Assembly (NCBI RefSeq): GCF_018977255.1
Contig: NW_024704742.1
Span: 131,380,001 to 131,444,000, forward strand
From: Callorhinchus milii
Taxonomy: Eukaryota
Reading direction: 5' to 3'
Length of the DNA stretch: 64,000 nt
The position numbers were made by a program, and so were the translations under genes. The notes under the pieces are model-generated. The model had not been told where the DNA came from. It ran no database searches and was given only the letters and a program-made list of their open reading frames with translations. The stretch's first letter is position 1. Every line of letters starts with the position of its first letter. Positions 50,517 through 63,789 of the stretch are shown here, piece by piece.

Positions 50517-51387
50517 AGATAACTTCCCAACTGGGCACTTTGGTCTAGAGTTGCCTTCTTGGTTTTCGATAACATCAGGTTATGAATTGAAATCCCTGTG
50601 TAACACATCACCACATCTTTATTAAGACATGGATCAGCTAATAAGGCGCTATATCAAACACAATTTTTCTTATTATTATAACACTAAGACAATGGATAGA
50701 TATAGGGAGGGAAGGGGGTTGTCCTTCAATTTAGGCTATTTGAGATGTACGCTGCATATCCTCTGCAAATCCTTGACCGTCCAGTGCTTTGAGATGACCT
50801 CCCGATGAGAAATGCTCTATACAAATGTAATTTGTTGTTTTTGTTGATTCGTTTTATATTGAATCCTTTGAAGTCTAAAACACAGAAGCGTACTGCACCC
50901 AAGCACAGTTGAGCTCCTTGAAATAACTCAAAAACCTTCTCAAAGTCATGCGAGTGCAAGTACGTGCTGTGCTTTTAGTGGCTTGTAAACAGAAGCGAAG
51001 AGCAGACTGCAGTTAGACTGAATTGAACCAAACTGAACAATGACCTGAACACAAAGCTGCAGAAACAAAATAAATAATGAAAGGGGCCGTGTCGGGAGGG
51101 GGTGGGGGGGTGGGGGGTGCAGGGAATGGTTGTAGTTGGAGAAGCGAATTGATATATAATTGTAAAAAAAATCCCAGTTAAGAATGATTGATGTGTATCT
51201 TCATTCTTTTACTGTGCAACGTTCCTCTGTCAGTAACAGTGATCTTCAATGGTTGAACCTGTCTCTGTGGGATTTTCCTAAATGGACAACTCAGGTGCAT
51301 GTAAACAGCTGTTGTGAAAGCCCACTTCACTTTCTCATTCAGAGTATTTATCATGTGTCGTGCACACAGACTCCAATATCAATTTAA

Positions 51388-51780
51388 AAATAAATAATCT
51401 TTTGCTTTCGATACAACGCCTTATCATGTTGAGAGGACGCCTCAAAGGTAGATGATCACAGCAGCCAATTTGCTTGTACACAGCAATGTCCCACAAACAG
51501 CCATGAAGTTAAGGACCAATTTTATCTAAGGAATTGTTGACCAGGGTTCCGGGAAAAACTCCCTTCCCTTTTCAAATAGTGCTGCAGGATCTTTAACTTT
51601 CATCTAAATAGGCAGACAGAACCTTGGCTTAACGCCTTATCCAAGAGACGGCATCTCCAACAATACAGTGCTCCCCCAAGGTCAGCCAAGAGTATACAAG
51701 TTCAAAATTCTAAGGTGCTACTTGAACCCACAATTTTTGGATCCAGAGGCGAGTGTGCTATCAACTATTAAACTGGGCTA
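51388..51780 (-). mobile_element. SINE family B
   Basis: Tail, core and CTTGAACCCACAA head. Confidence 0.8.
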
Positions 51781-52209
51781 ATATCTAAACATGTGATACC
51801 TTTGGTAAACTTCTGCCAAATTTGGACCAAATTTCTACCAATAGCGAGACGTTACCAATGTGAAGGGCACGAAAAGCCAAGTGGTCATCGTCGTAAATTT
51901 CTTATCAAAATCTTTCTTTGAATAGCCTCTGGAACTTAAAACAGGGCGTGTGGAGAGAGCGCAGCATTACTGTTGACTCATGACCATTTGGCTTATGGTC
52001 CAGATAAAGACAATTAACAACTATGTCACATTAATCATGAATCGATCGGCCAACATCATTCCCTTTTAGCCACGGTCACTTTTAATCTCACTTCTCGTCA
52101 TCCTCCTTTAGTAAACTGGAACACACGTTTCGGGAACAGGAAGATAAACGTTTGGTGCAATAATCCCATCTCTATTAGATTCTCAACCCTATCCTTTTGA
52201 ATGTAAAAA

Positions 52210-52618
52210 GAATAATCCTTGCATTTGATATTGTACCTCTAATGTCAAAACGACTCAGAGTGCTGGATAGGTAATTGCTGTCAAGTGCTGTGGCCGTATA
52301 TTTCTAGGCAAATAGCCAATTTGCACAGAGCAAGGTCCACAAACACCCAAGAGTGAGTGATAATTTATCTGGAGGTTTGTTGAGCTTTTCACCAGGTAAA
52401 ATTCCCTTTTCTTTTCCAGTAGTGTTCCTGGTTTATTTAACATGCACCTGAACATTAATACAGGACTTCTAATTAATGTTTTATCTGAAACTTCCGACAA
52501 TGAGCATTCCTTCATTACTGCAGCCTGGACTATGAGCTCAAGTCTTGATGTGGGACTGCAAACCACAACCTTCTGGTCAAGATGAAAGAGTGCCACCAAT
52601 GGAGGAGCCAAGCTGACA
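52210..52618 (-). mobile_element. SINE family B, diverged
   Basis: Head ends GAGCCAAGCTGACAC; tail AATAATCCTTGCATTTGATAT. Confidence 0.75.
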
Positions 52619-52728
52619 CTTTTTGAAACCCATTTGTCTCTCTCTCTCTGAACATACTTCTTGAGTCTATTTTAGACTGTCTTCTTCAATGGCTTTCCTT
52701 GGCAATTTATTTCACAAGTCGTAGTTGT

Positions 52729-53170
52729 GTGTCAGCCTGCCTCATTAGGTAGCACTCTCATTTTGAATCCGAAGGCTGTGGGTTCAAGCCCCATGTCATG
52801 ACTTTGAATTCATGCAGATTATACTGACACTCCAATGCAGTGATAGGGAAGTGTCAAGCATTATTGGAGGTGCCGTCCTTCAGATGAATCTTTAAATGAA
52901 GGACCCGTCTGTCTGTTCAGGTGGACGTTAAAGATCCTGTGACACTATTTGAAAAGAGAATGGAGTTTCTCCCAGCTCCAAGGGTCCTGCCTTACAATCC
53001 CCTAAATAAAATTGGTCTTTCTCTTGATATAAACATGGCTATTTGTGGGACATTGCTGTGTGCAATTTGGCTGCTACCTTCGCCCACAAAATACACAGTG
53101 AAGCACTTTGAGACGTCCTTCTGATGTGAAAGGCGTTATATCAAGGAGAAGGTTTATAATTATTATTATT
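52729..53170 (+). mobile_element. SINE family B, full length
   Basis: GTGTCAGCCTGCCTCATTAGGTAGCACTCTC...GGTTCAAGCCCC; core GGAGGTGCCGTCCTTCAGATGA...GTTCAGGTGGACGTTAAAGATCC. Confidence 0.9.
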
Positions 53171-53982
53171 TTCGCCCACAACAAAACATAGTGTCAATTC
53201 ACTTCACAATATATTCTGTGAAGCTCTTTGAGACGTCTCGATGACGTGAAAAGGCGTTATATCAAATGCAAGGATTATTATTCGTAGTAGTTATTATTAT
53301 TATGCGTTGTTCTATTGCTCTCTGAAATACGTGCTCTGTGAGTGATAATTCGAAACGAGGGTAGCCTTGCTATCAGGTGAGACAGGCAGAGTTGAGTTTC
53401 CCATCCCCCGCTCTTCTCCTCCCCCAGAGGCGTGACTCTGTACTATCGTGAGCCTCGCCACCTAGCAACCTGAGCGAGACCTGCCGATATGCATCACCCT
53501 CATGACTGGTGAATTAGGCTGTGAGGCAGCCCTGGGACTCAGACAGCCCAGGCAGCTGGTTACAAAGCAAGCGACTTAATCATAAAACTCCTTCAGCCAT
53601 TCATCTAATTTAATGCAGATTTAAATGAAGACTCTATAAAAGGATACAGCTTCTTTAAATACAACACTCCCTTTTAGCGCAGGAAAGAGCACGGCAGGAT
53701 TTTTTTTAGAAACTCTCTAACATTAGCAACACGGATGATACTTTCAGCTCTTCAATACCATTAGTGACCCATATCTGAAGAGTACTGACATATCTGTTTT
53801 GACAGTGGAAACTGCCAGCCCTAACCCCCCGTCCCCCCCTCACGCACTCAAACATGCAAAAGCGCTGGAGGGAATAGGAATCCGCTGGCAGGAATGATTC
53901 TCAATTTCTGAGTTGTGAAACTAGTGGCACATTTGGAAGAACAAATGCATCGTTAAAAAAGGGCCCTCCTTATCACAAGATG

Positions 53983-54356
53983 AGGGTCCTAGAGCTCAGT
54001 GGTTAGAGCACTCGCCTCGCAAGAGACCTGGGTTTGATTCCTGGCAAGGTGAAACGTTAGCCAAGTTTTCTTACTCCACACGGCTCTGTTTACCTAATAG
54101 TAAGAAGGAACCCAGCTGTTAGTCAATTGGCGGATCGCTTTTCTGGGGGTAATAATTCCTTCCAAAAAAAATAATAGTAAATTGGTCACTCGATCCACAA
54201 ACTGTTTGTGGGACACTGCTGTGTGCAATTGGCTGCTGCATTTCGCCGACAAAATATACAGTCAATTCACTTCACAGTATGTTCTGTGAAGCATTTTGAG
54301 ACGTCTTGAAGATGTGAAAGGCGCTAGGTCAAATGCAAGGATTATTATTATTATTA
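53983..54356 (+). mobile_element. SINE family A, full length
   Basis: AGCTCAGTGGTTAGAGCACTCGCCTCGCAAG head through to CAAATGCAAGG(ATT)n. Confidence 0.9.
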
Positions 54357-57300
54357 AAATCGGTTTGGATGAAGAAGGCCCTTTGGCTCATCTGATCCCA
54401 TCCCTCCAGAACACCAACCCTTACAATCTTCCCATCACGGCATGGAGAATGATCCCAGCGTGAGGCCCTCAACCACTCCTGTTGGTAACCTGTTCCAGTC
54501 ATCGATTAAAAGAAACACTTTCTGGTGTCTCTCCTGAAATTGCCCTTTGCGGCTCTCAACCTGTGTTCTCTTTTTCTACCGTCGTTATCTGAAACTATTG
54601 TTCTCACACAACAGCTCAAAGCCTACTTTTGCCTCTGTTTCGTTTTCTCTCTCCCTCTCTCTTTTTCCCAGACTAACATCATTTCTGCCGAACAGCTGTA
54701 AAACAAAGAATTAAGTTAGTATGGCCTGAAGCGTAGCAAGCTCCTAAGGGAAATTTGTGCTGCTACAGAATAGCAATTTACAAGGAGAAGTGCAATGCAC
54801 TGCTCTGTGATTTTAATGCAGTTAGTTTTTCTTAATGCAAAACTGCAATTGTTGTCACAGGATGCGTCTTCCTTTGTTGCAAAGCACTTGCAAGATATTA
54901 AAGAGTTGTGCAGTCTCCGTGAGGAGTTCTGGCTTTATTTAAGGTATCGTTCTCTTTTTTTTCAGCGTCTCCGTCACTGCAAGTGGTTCTAATTTTAAAT
55001 GAAAAGAAAATCAATCTCGCCCAACACACCTGATTAAAGCTTTCCGGAATCCACATGGACGTACACACACACATACACGCAAGGTACACAAGTGTGCACA
55101 CACACGAATGTGCACAGGTGCACACACACAAAGTTCAACAGTGCTAATCACTAGGGTAGTCCTAGCTGGACACAGCAGCCAAAGTCCTAATGGCTAAGGT
55201 GGTCCTAGCTGGACACTCAGCAGGAAGCCACATTGCCACAAACTGTTCTCAATAGCAAAGCACATGGTTTTAGTTGGTTAAACTTCAGCAGTACCCTAAT
55301 CCACACTCTAAACTGTGCCAACCTTTGCTTAATATTCTCGCTAACACCCTCAGAAATACACCTTCTGTATTTAACTTTATGTTTCTCCTTTTTTTGGTCA
55401 GCTGGAAGCAAGTGAGAATAATAGCATTTCAGAGCATCTGGGATTTTTTTGGCAAATTCTTAAACACAGCCTTAAATTTCAAACAGTTTCTTTCCAGGTT
55501 TCTTTTCAGTACAGCATCAAAACAATTTCAAAGTTAAGGCTGAACGCAACAATTTACCAATTTCTGGATTCTCTAATATGCCCCAATAATAGAGTAATAA
55601 TAATAATGCTTGCATTTGATATAGCACCTTATCACATCTTCGAGACATCACAAAGCGCTTCACAGAATACCCTGTAAAGTGTATTGACTGTATATTTTGT
55701 GGGCGAAAAATAATAATATTTCTAGTAAACCTAGACCAGTGGAATTACACCCCAAATATGTTTTATAACCAGGAAAAGCTCCTTCTGCATATTTCTGTGA
55801 AGAAGATGCTATTATGCACTTATTCCTTGTGATTCTCTAACCAAAGATACAAGTTTATCATCAATTGATTGGTTGTAGACTCAGGGCCATTAGAATCTGG
55901 ACTGAGACTCCTCCAAGCTCAAGTCACTTAGCGTCCTCACAGTTGGCTGGGAAAGAAGACTTTTATCTGATTTGTCTGGACTAAGTTTGAATGGAATTCC
56001 CAGGGGTGAAGGAAAGTGTTCTGGCTCACTGCACCATCCAGCCTTTCAAAGCAGACAGTATTTGAATAACATTTATTCAACCAATTGCCTGCAACAGTAT
56101 ACATGACGGTACACATTACCTAAACAACAACAAAGTTACATTTGTATAGCGCCTTTCACATTGGGTTGCTTTTACCACTATTATTCGCGTCCACGCCAAC
56201 GATTGCCGCCACACAAATAAAAAATTGGTCATTCACTTCATGACTGTTTGTGGGATATTGCTTTGCACAAACTGCCTGTCATGTTCACCTATGAAAGACA
56301 GACACTGCACTTGACAATTTCTGTGAAGCACTCTGAGACACCTTGCTGTTGTAAAATAATAATAATAATCCTTGCATTTGCTATAGCACCTTATCACGTC
56401 GTTGAGACATCTCAAAGCACTTCACAGAATATACTATAAAGCTAATTGACTGTATATTTTGATGAGAGAAAGGTGCTGTATTAATGTGAAACACGTTGTA
56501 TTTTATATCAAATGCAACAATTATTATAATGTAATACAATGAACCATATTAATAGAAAACTATAATTGATGCAGTGAATGATACCACTACGATGAGTACT
56601 CAACAACAATTAACATTTTGCAAAGCCACCCTAACATCTCTGTTCATCATTCCCAAAATTTATGTCCAGGCCAAAGGCTAATTTCCCTCTATTACATTGA
56701 TATGTGTTTCAGCATTGTCATCTCCTTCTGACAGAGAGCATCCTGTCTCCCTGAATGCCAACAATCTCTACTTAAAAATGCATCGTAACATTATTAGCGT
56801 AATGTCACAATGGTGCGTGCAAGCAGCAATACCAATTGCATTCTGCAACTTTACCCTATTCAGTTACTTAAAAATTTTGATTGTGGAATTTGCTGCCGTG
56901 CAGGCTTCCAATTAAACTCAATATCACTAAATACTTGAATAAAGGTTTCACTGGATTCATTACCCGCTAACATTCAGCACTCAATGTCCCAGGCAAAGTG
57001 TGCAGTTATTAGTCCAAGGACATGCGTGATGGAATAAAGTCCTGCTTACTGCATAAAGGTTTTTCCTTTGCAATTCTCTTCTACGCTCTGTTCATTGCTA
57101 ATAAAACAAGTGTTTTACGATGGTCAGCCCTGTGATGAATTCTCCTTCCAACACGCTGTTCTATTGCTGACCAGCGCGGCGTATCATGCTGCCTCAGCAT
57201 TCTGGGCATTTGCTGTTGATTAAACTTTCTTATAAAGTAGAAAAGTTTATTCTGATGCAAAGTGCAAATCTGAAGCTATCCAACTTGTTGATGACAGTTA

Positions 57301-57679
57301 TATATGACAATAACTCTTGGATTTGAAACAGTGCCTTCCCACGTCGTTAAGACATCTCACAGCGCTTCACAGCATTTTACTATGCAGTCGAGTTGCTGTA
57401 TATTTGTAGGCAAACGCAGCAGCCACAAAAAGTCAATGAAGAGAGTGGTCAATTTTATTTCAAGGGATTGTTGGTCAGGACACTGTGAGAAATTCCCGTA
57501 TCTTTTTGAATGGTGCCTTGGGATATTTAATGTCAACCTGAACAGGTAGACGGGACATCAGTTTAATGTTTCATCCAGATTCAAGAACAGCAAGAACAAC
57601 AACTTGCGCTTAGACAACGCCTTTCCCGAGAGATCAACGCTTTGAAGCAATTTACAAAGATGCTGGGGAGCCCCAAGGA

Positions 57680-57905
57680 TAGAAACAATGAAACAGGAAT
57701 AGGCCATTCAGCCCCTGGAGCCTGTTCTACCATTCTATAAGATAATGGCTGAACTGTACCTCAAGTCCAATTAACTGCCCTTGCCCAGTATCCCTTGATA
57801 CCCTGATCTAACAAATAACTATCTACCTCAGTCTTGAAGATGTGAATGGATCCAGCATCCACAGCCTTTTGGCGGACAGATTTACAGATTTCTATGTTTC
57901 TATGT
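57680..57905 (-). mobile_element. CR1 LINE 3' end inserted in an old L2 fragment
   Basis: KAVDAGSIHIFKTEVDSYLLDQGIKGY; AGGCCATTCAGCCC 3' UTR motif in reverse. Confidence 0.8.
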
Positions 57906-58704
57906 TTCAAGCAGGGACGGAAGCAGGAGGAATTGGAAGAATGTGGCATGATCAAAGAGATGCGCTTTCAAAGGCGAGTTTTCTAAGCTGGGAGAGAGAA
58001 GTTTCAAGGCGCAGTAATTTTGGAAGAGTTACAAAGAGCGGGGGCTGAAGGCGCGAACCCCAATAGTGGGATGTGGGGAACGAGGACTAGGCTAGAGTCA
58101 GCAGAGCAGGGGTTACGGACAAGAGGAGATTGCAGAGGTAAAGCATGAATGGGAAGGGACTGAAATGCAGGACAAAGATTTAGAATTCAACCTCCTTTAA
58201 AGTGAATTCACCCAAAGTGTTAAAATGAATTGCATGAGACTGGGTGAGAAGGAGACTTAAAGGACTGCCCTGTACCTCTGTAAACTTGGCTCAGATTCAA
58301 CTCACGAGGGAACTGACCTCTCCTCTAGCTCTCTCGGATTGCAAGGCAGCTGCCAAGTGAAGGGGATTGAGGAATCTCAATCCGATTCCTAATGGGTACA
58401 AGGTCCAAAGCACAAAATTGATCACACGAGCAGCATAAATCGGAATTAAACTGACAATTTATCCTCTGTACTACTTGGCAACTTGGCTGGCGGGGGTGGG
58501 GCCAGGGGTAAGTGGGTTCCCCTTGAAGCTGAAAAAGCTCCAAGGTGACATGCTTGGCAATGGAATGTTGAAATCGATTCAACCCTCTATGGTGGTCTCG
58601 GCAGTCTGGCTCCTGCACCAGCAGGTCTGCAGTCCTGCAGGGCACTGCTGATGACAGCAAAGCCAGCCTGCTTAATGCACCATACCTGGAAGGGCAGACC
58701 AGTT

Positions 58705-59090
58705 ATGGGGGCAGAGATTTTCCCACTTAGCTCCTGTTAACCCTGCAAACCAATGCTCTAACGGGTAAGGTAGTCCTAGTTGGACAAGCAAGGGGAAGCT
58801 TAGCAGACAGTGCGCTCAATGGCAAGCTATGTGGCTTTAGCTAATTAACAACAATAGTTACCTCAAAATACGCTCTCTGGGGTCACCAAGCCTTGGCCTT
58901 TGCCAACCTGCGCCTAATACTCTCCAGAGTTAGGTAAGCCGGGTGCATCACTGGAGGGAGAGAGTGTGCCTTCCATTCCAGACTGAGGGAAATTTCCACA
59001 TGTAGGTGGCGTATATATGTGGAAATCTCAACGCGGTTTGGATACTCTCATGCACGGTGATGAGGTTCCAGCGTGTGTAAGATTCTCAAC
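58705..59090 (+). repeat. Unclassified old interspersed repeat (element X), longest copy
   Basis: Segments match 4385-4480(-), 7925-8045(+), 33985-34137(-), 38975-39095(+), 45340-45595(-) and 55150-55345(+). Confidence 0.75.
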
Positions 59091-61286
59091 TTAAGCGCTC
59101 TGGGACGCTATCCTGCATGCGGAGCGCTATATAAGTTGTTGTTGTTGTTGACTGACCCAAAAATATCTAAACATTTTCATGGCCCTTACAGACAGGAGAC
59201 AGGGGTTTGGGCTAATGCTCCTCCGAAGCTGGTTGGCCCACTGACACTCCCCTGTCTGAGCTCACTCACAACAGCTAGTAATTGTGGACAGGACCAGAGG
59301 GTTGCCAGCAGGATAGACCATGCCTAGCTTATTGCCTGTAGGAGTTGAGCAAAAAAAAACTGGGAGAAGAAAATTGCATGAGCAGAAATAAATAATAATA
59401 ATTTGGTCACTTAATTCACGACTGTTTGTGGGACACTGCTGTGCGCAATTAGCTGCCGCATTTCACCCACAAAATATACAGTCAATTCACTTTACAATAT
59501 ATTCAGTGAAGCACATTGAGACGTCTCAAAGACATGATAAAGCACTACATCAAATGCAGAGATAATTATTATTAACTATTATTATTATTAAATATGATGA
59601 GACGTAAATACATGTGTTCGACCTTAAAGTGTTTAATGGAGACATCTACACTTTCATTTGAAAAGAAAAATACCTTGGAACAATTGCATGAGAGGCATTG
59701 TTTCCTGTGCGAAATTCAAGTGGAACTGCATTATTAAATCAGCCAAAATTAAAAAATGAAGCGGTCTGTTAAGCTTGCTTCATTTTGACAAATTATTTTG
59801 CTCGACTTTGATAAATACCTCCTTTGAATTCTGCATCCTGTTTGATAAAGGACTGTTGTCCATGCTTTGCTACTCAGACCTGCCACATGAAAAGGTCAAA
59901 CCTTAATTAACCAGCATTAAATTCCATTTGAGGCCCTAATGGGAAGCTTGCATATGAGGAGACTTGCATTGGAATCAGGCAAGAGAGAGCGAGATAGAGA
60001 GAGAGAGAAACCTAAATGTCAAAAATGGGCCGGCAATTATTTTAGAATGTATTCTTCAGCCATGGACAAATGATTAAGAATTATTGCAAACCCGCTGTAA
60101 AAGTAAGGAGATGCGCGCATGATTGAATGTTCCCTTCAAAGCGCTTGTCAACGCATTTACATACTACATGCTGCTAACTAATTGAAGCCTTTTGTAGTCC
60201 TGTTCCTTGGATGCAGCTGCTATCAAAACCACTCGAAGTCAGAGGCCTCTGGCTTTCATTAAACCGACAGAAAAGGAAAAAAGGAAACACATGGGGCGGT
60301 TGAGCAGCATATTGTTTTTTTGGTGGGGATGTAGAACGAGAGAATGGGGACTGACAGGAAAGAATGGGAGGAAGCAGAAGAAAGTCCAAAAGACGTGGAC
60401 CTTGCAGATTATCAAATGGTAATGCACCAGGTGTGGCCCTTTATGGACATAGGCTCATTTCAATAGCAATGGGACTCACAGTTCACCAGCTGCTGTAGCT
60501 AATTACCTGTCAGGCACAAAATCACCTAAGTGATAAGCTGCTATCATTTCTGTAGTTTGATGCTAGCTAACACCACACCGTCGCACTGTATGTGCAGCCA
60601 GATTAGACTTCAATTCCGAGAGAGAAGCAAAAAAAAAGCCTTTGAAGTTTAGAGAACTGAGTGGTAGCTGCCACCAATTCAGTCGAGTTCACATCAAAAC
60701 AAGCAGCGGGGAAGGCCTTAAAATAGTAGCCGTGCATCGTGACAATAGACTAAACCAAAGTGAGGGATTAAGTGAGATATTTATGATCGCGAGGTATGAA
60801 CCGTACACTCTGTTATGTGTGTATATATAAAAAAAATCTCTTAAGGATCGAAGCTATTGCCAAGAAAATGTCACCCGCTGATTTGTGCTGTACTTTAAAC
60901 CGCTTGCAAAGTTTCCAGTGCAGAAACACTTTTATCATTACGCATATATTAAAGGAGTCATCGCAGGGTACGGATTTCTCCCACAAGGTATACATTCGCT
61001 CCACTTTATAATAATATGATAGTCCTTGCATTTGATATAGCGCCTTATCACGTGGTTGAGACGTCTCAAAGCACTTCACAGAATATACTGTAAAGTGAAT
61101 TGACTGTATATTTTGTTGGTGAAACACAGCATCCAATTGCACACAGCAGTGTCTTACAAACAGTCACGGATTGAATGAACAAATTATTTTTTTTTAAATT
61201 TATTAATTAATTTATTGATTTATTTGGGTGCAGTATTGGCCTACAAAAATCATGCACAGTCACTACACTTTACAGTAAATCCTGTG

Positions 61287-61614
61287 AATAATAATAATAT
61301 AATAATAATAATCCTTGCATTTGATATAGCGCTTTTCACGTCTTCTAGATGTCCCAAAGCGTTTCACAGAATATACTGTAAAGTGAATTGACTGTATATT
61401 TGTGGGCGAACGCGGCAGCCAATTGCGCACAACAATGTCCCACAAACAGTCGTAGATTAAAAATGACCAATTAATTGTTGTTTTTTTTTGGAGGGATTAT
61501 TATTAGGCTCTGTGTGGAGTAAGGAAACTTGCCCAAGGTTTCGCCCTGCCTGGAATTGAACTCAGGTCTCTCACTTGCAAAGCGAGTGCTCTAATCACTG
61601 AGTTACAGGACTCC
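61287..61614 (-). mobile_element. SINE family A, short subfamily lacking the central segment
   Basis: Minus strand CCACACAGAGCCTAATAATAATCCCTCC junction replaces the CTGTTTACC...CGGGGG segment. Confidence 0.9.
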
Positions 61615-62534
61615 CCGTGAAAAGATGCTTTCATGTGAAAGGTGCTACCATCAAATGTAAGGAATATTATGTTATTATCATTTCATTTAGGTATGGATCG
61701 ATTCTGAGAAGATATTGCAATGTAACTTGCTCAAGTTTTCTAGTGATTGTGTGTGTGTGAGAGAGAGAGATAGAAGGATGTTTATAACTGGCTGATTTGT
61801 CATTTTGGCTTTTCAAGTTAATTGTGAACACGTGAGAAATATTAAGAGGTTGAGGGGGGTATTTTCCTGTGATATACATGTTTTTTTTAAAACTGTTTAC
61901 CCCAATTATGTCCCCTTCAAATTAGTCAAAGTATTTTTGCATTATTGTTCTGCTGCTGAAAGCCAATATCCACCTCACACCTCAACACAACCCTCTCAGT
62001 GTTAAATCAATGGCTGAGTTGAGTTGCAGCTGGAAGCTAGGAGGTGAAGTCCAGGTGAGATCAGAAGCCAAGAGCTGACTGACAGCATGCAGCGCAGAGC
62101 AAACAAAACACAACAGGAAAATGAAAGCAGATCAGGCAATAATTTGCTGGGGTTTGGCTTAATGGGAGCCACTCACCTGCACGCTTAGCAAGCAGGAGTG
62201 AGGAGTGACGGCAAAAGGAAACGCTGAGCACAGATCAATACCTGAATTAGCCCTGCCAAGGCAGTGCAGCCCAGCTTGATTAGTTCCGTTCTGTGTCTCA
62301 CGGCCAATGCTCAAAGAAAATGGTTTAACATTACCAAATTTCTGGGCCCTGTTGTTGAGTCTCATATTATGAACCTAAAATCGTATTTTTCTCCACAATA
62401 AAATGCCACAATTTGTAATAATAATAATCCTTGCAATTTATATAGCGCCTTATCATGTGACAACTTTGTTTCCTTTGTAACTCAATCCTGTGTGTTTCGT
62501 GACTTTACAGTATATCCTGTGAAACATCTCGACG

Positions 62535-62896
62535 AATAATAATAATAATCTTGGATTTCATATAGCGCCTTATCACATCTTTGAGACATCTCAAAGCGCT
62601 TCACAGAATATATTGTAACTTGAATTGACTGTATATTTTGTGGGTGAAACGAGGGAGTCAATTGCGCACAGCAGTGGATTGAAGTGACCAATTTATTATT
62701 TTTAATTTTTTTGAAGGAATTATTACCCCCGGAAAAGCAATCCGCCAATCGACTAACAACCTGGTTCCTCCTTACTGCTAGGTGAACAGAGGTGTGTGGA
62801 GTAAGGAAACTTGCCCAACATTTTGCCCTGCCGGGAATTGAACCTAGGACTCTCGGTTGCGAGTCGATTGCTCTAACCACTGAGCTACAGGGCTCC
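62535..62896 (-). mobile_element. SINE family A, full length
   Basis: Complete head (minus GGAGCCCTGTAGCTCAGTGGTTAGAGC), body and tail. Confidence 0.9.
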
Positions 62897-62984
62897 ACTA
62901 AGGGATTATATCAAGTGTAAGGATTATTATTATTATTATTATTATATAGTCAGCCTGGTGGAGTGGTAGCACTCTCACCTTTGT

Positions 62985-63312
62985 GGAGTCCTGTAGCTCA
63001 GTGGTTAGAGCACTCGTTTTGCAAGTGAGAGACCTGAGCTCAATTCCAGGCAGAGGGCGAAACCTTGGGCAAGTTTCCTTACTCCACACAGAGCCTAATA
63101 ATAATCCCTCCAAAACCAAAAACAATAATAAATTGGTCATTTTCAATCTACGACTGTTTGTGGGACATTGCTGTGCGCAATTGGTTGCTGCGTTCGCCCA
63201 CAAATATACAGTCAGTTCACTTTACAGTGTGTTCTGTGAAGCACTTTGGGACGTCCTCCCGACGTGAAAAGCGCTATATCAAATGCAAGGATTATTATTA
63301 TTATTATTATTA
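62985..63312 (+). mobile_element. SINE family A, short subfamily, inserted in a family B head
   Basis: Same deletion junction as 61287-61614; family B head pieces at 62948-62984 and 63313-63375. Confidence 0.9.
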
Positions 63313-63789
63313 AGCAAGAAGGTTGTAGGTTCAAGTCTCACATTGTTACTTGGAACCCATATAGCCTAAGCTGACTTGTCAAGCTGGACGTGAAGTCAAA
63401 CCACTTTACAGCATATCCTGTGAAGTGCTTTGAGAAGTCTCAATGTGATAAGGCGCTATATCAAATGTAAGGATTATTATATATACTGTTTTATTAGAGG
63501 TACATTTATGAATAATATTATGGATGCAAAAACATAACAATCACTGTTTTTCCACAATGCCAAAAGAGAAATTTAACTTGTACCCCTCTCATTCCCCTCA
63601 AGCACTTCTTGCCTGAGGCTGTCAAGCTGTCAATCTGTATCAATCTATCAAAGGCCATCATAGAAACCAGATGTTGGCCTCTAGCTGGAGAGGACTAAGA
63701 GTCCTTGTCCAGACACAGCATGTGACAGGGAGACCTACATCCATGCTTTCTAGGACATGGCTCTGAAAAAGCCTTGACTTGATTATAAA

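Noticed and set aside
51091..51125. G-run tracts with G-quadruplex potential (also 18008-18039)
   Set aside because: Simple G homopolymer runs with no functional context; lengths may be unreliable in this assembly
54625..54722. Strong plus-strand acceptor-like tract ending CCCAG at 54671 (a similar one ends at 2286)
   Set aside because: The pyrimidine tract is low-complexity, stops follow in all frames at 54672, and there is no good donor
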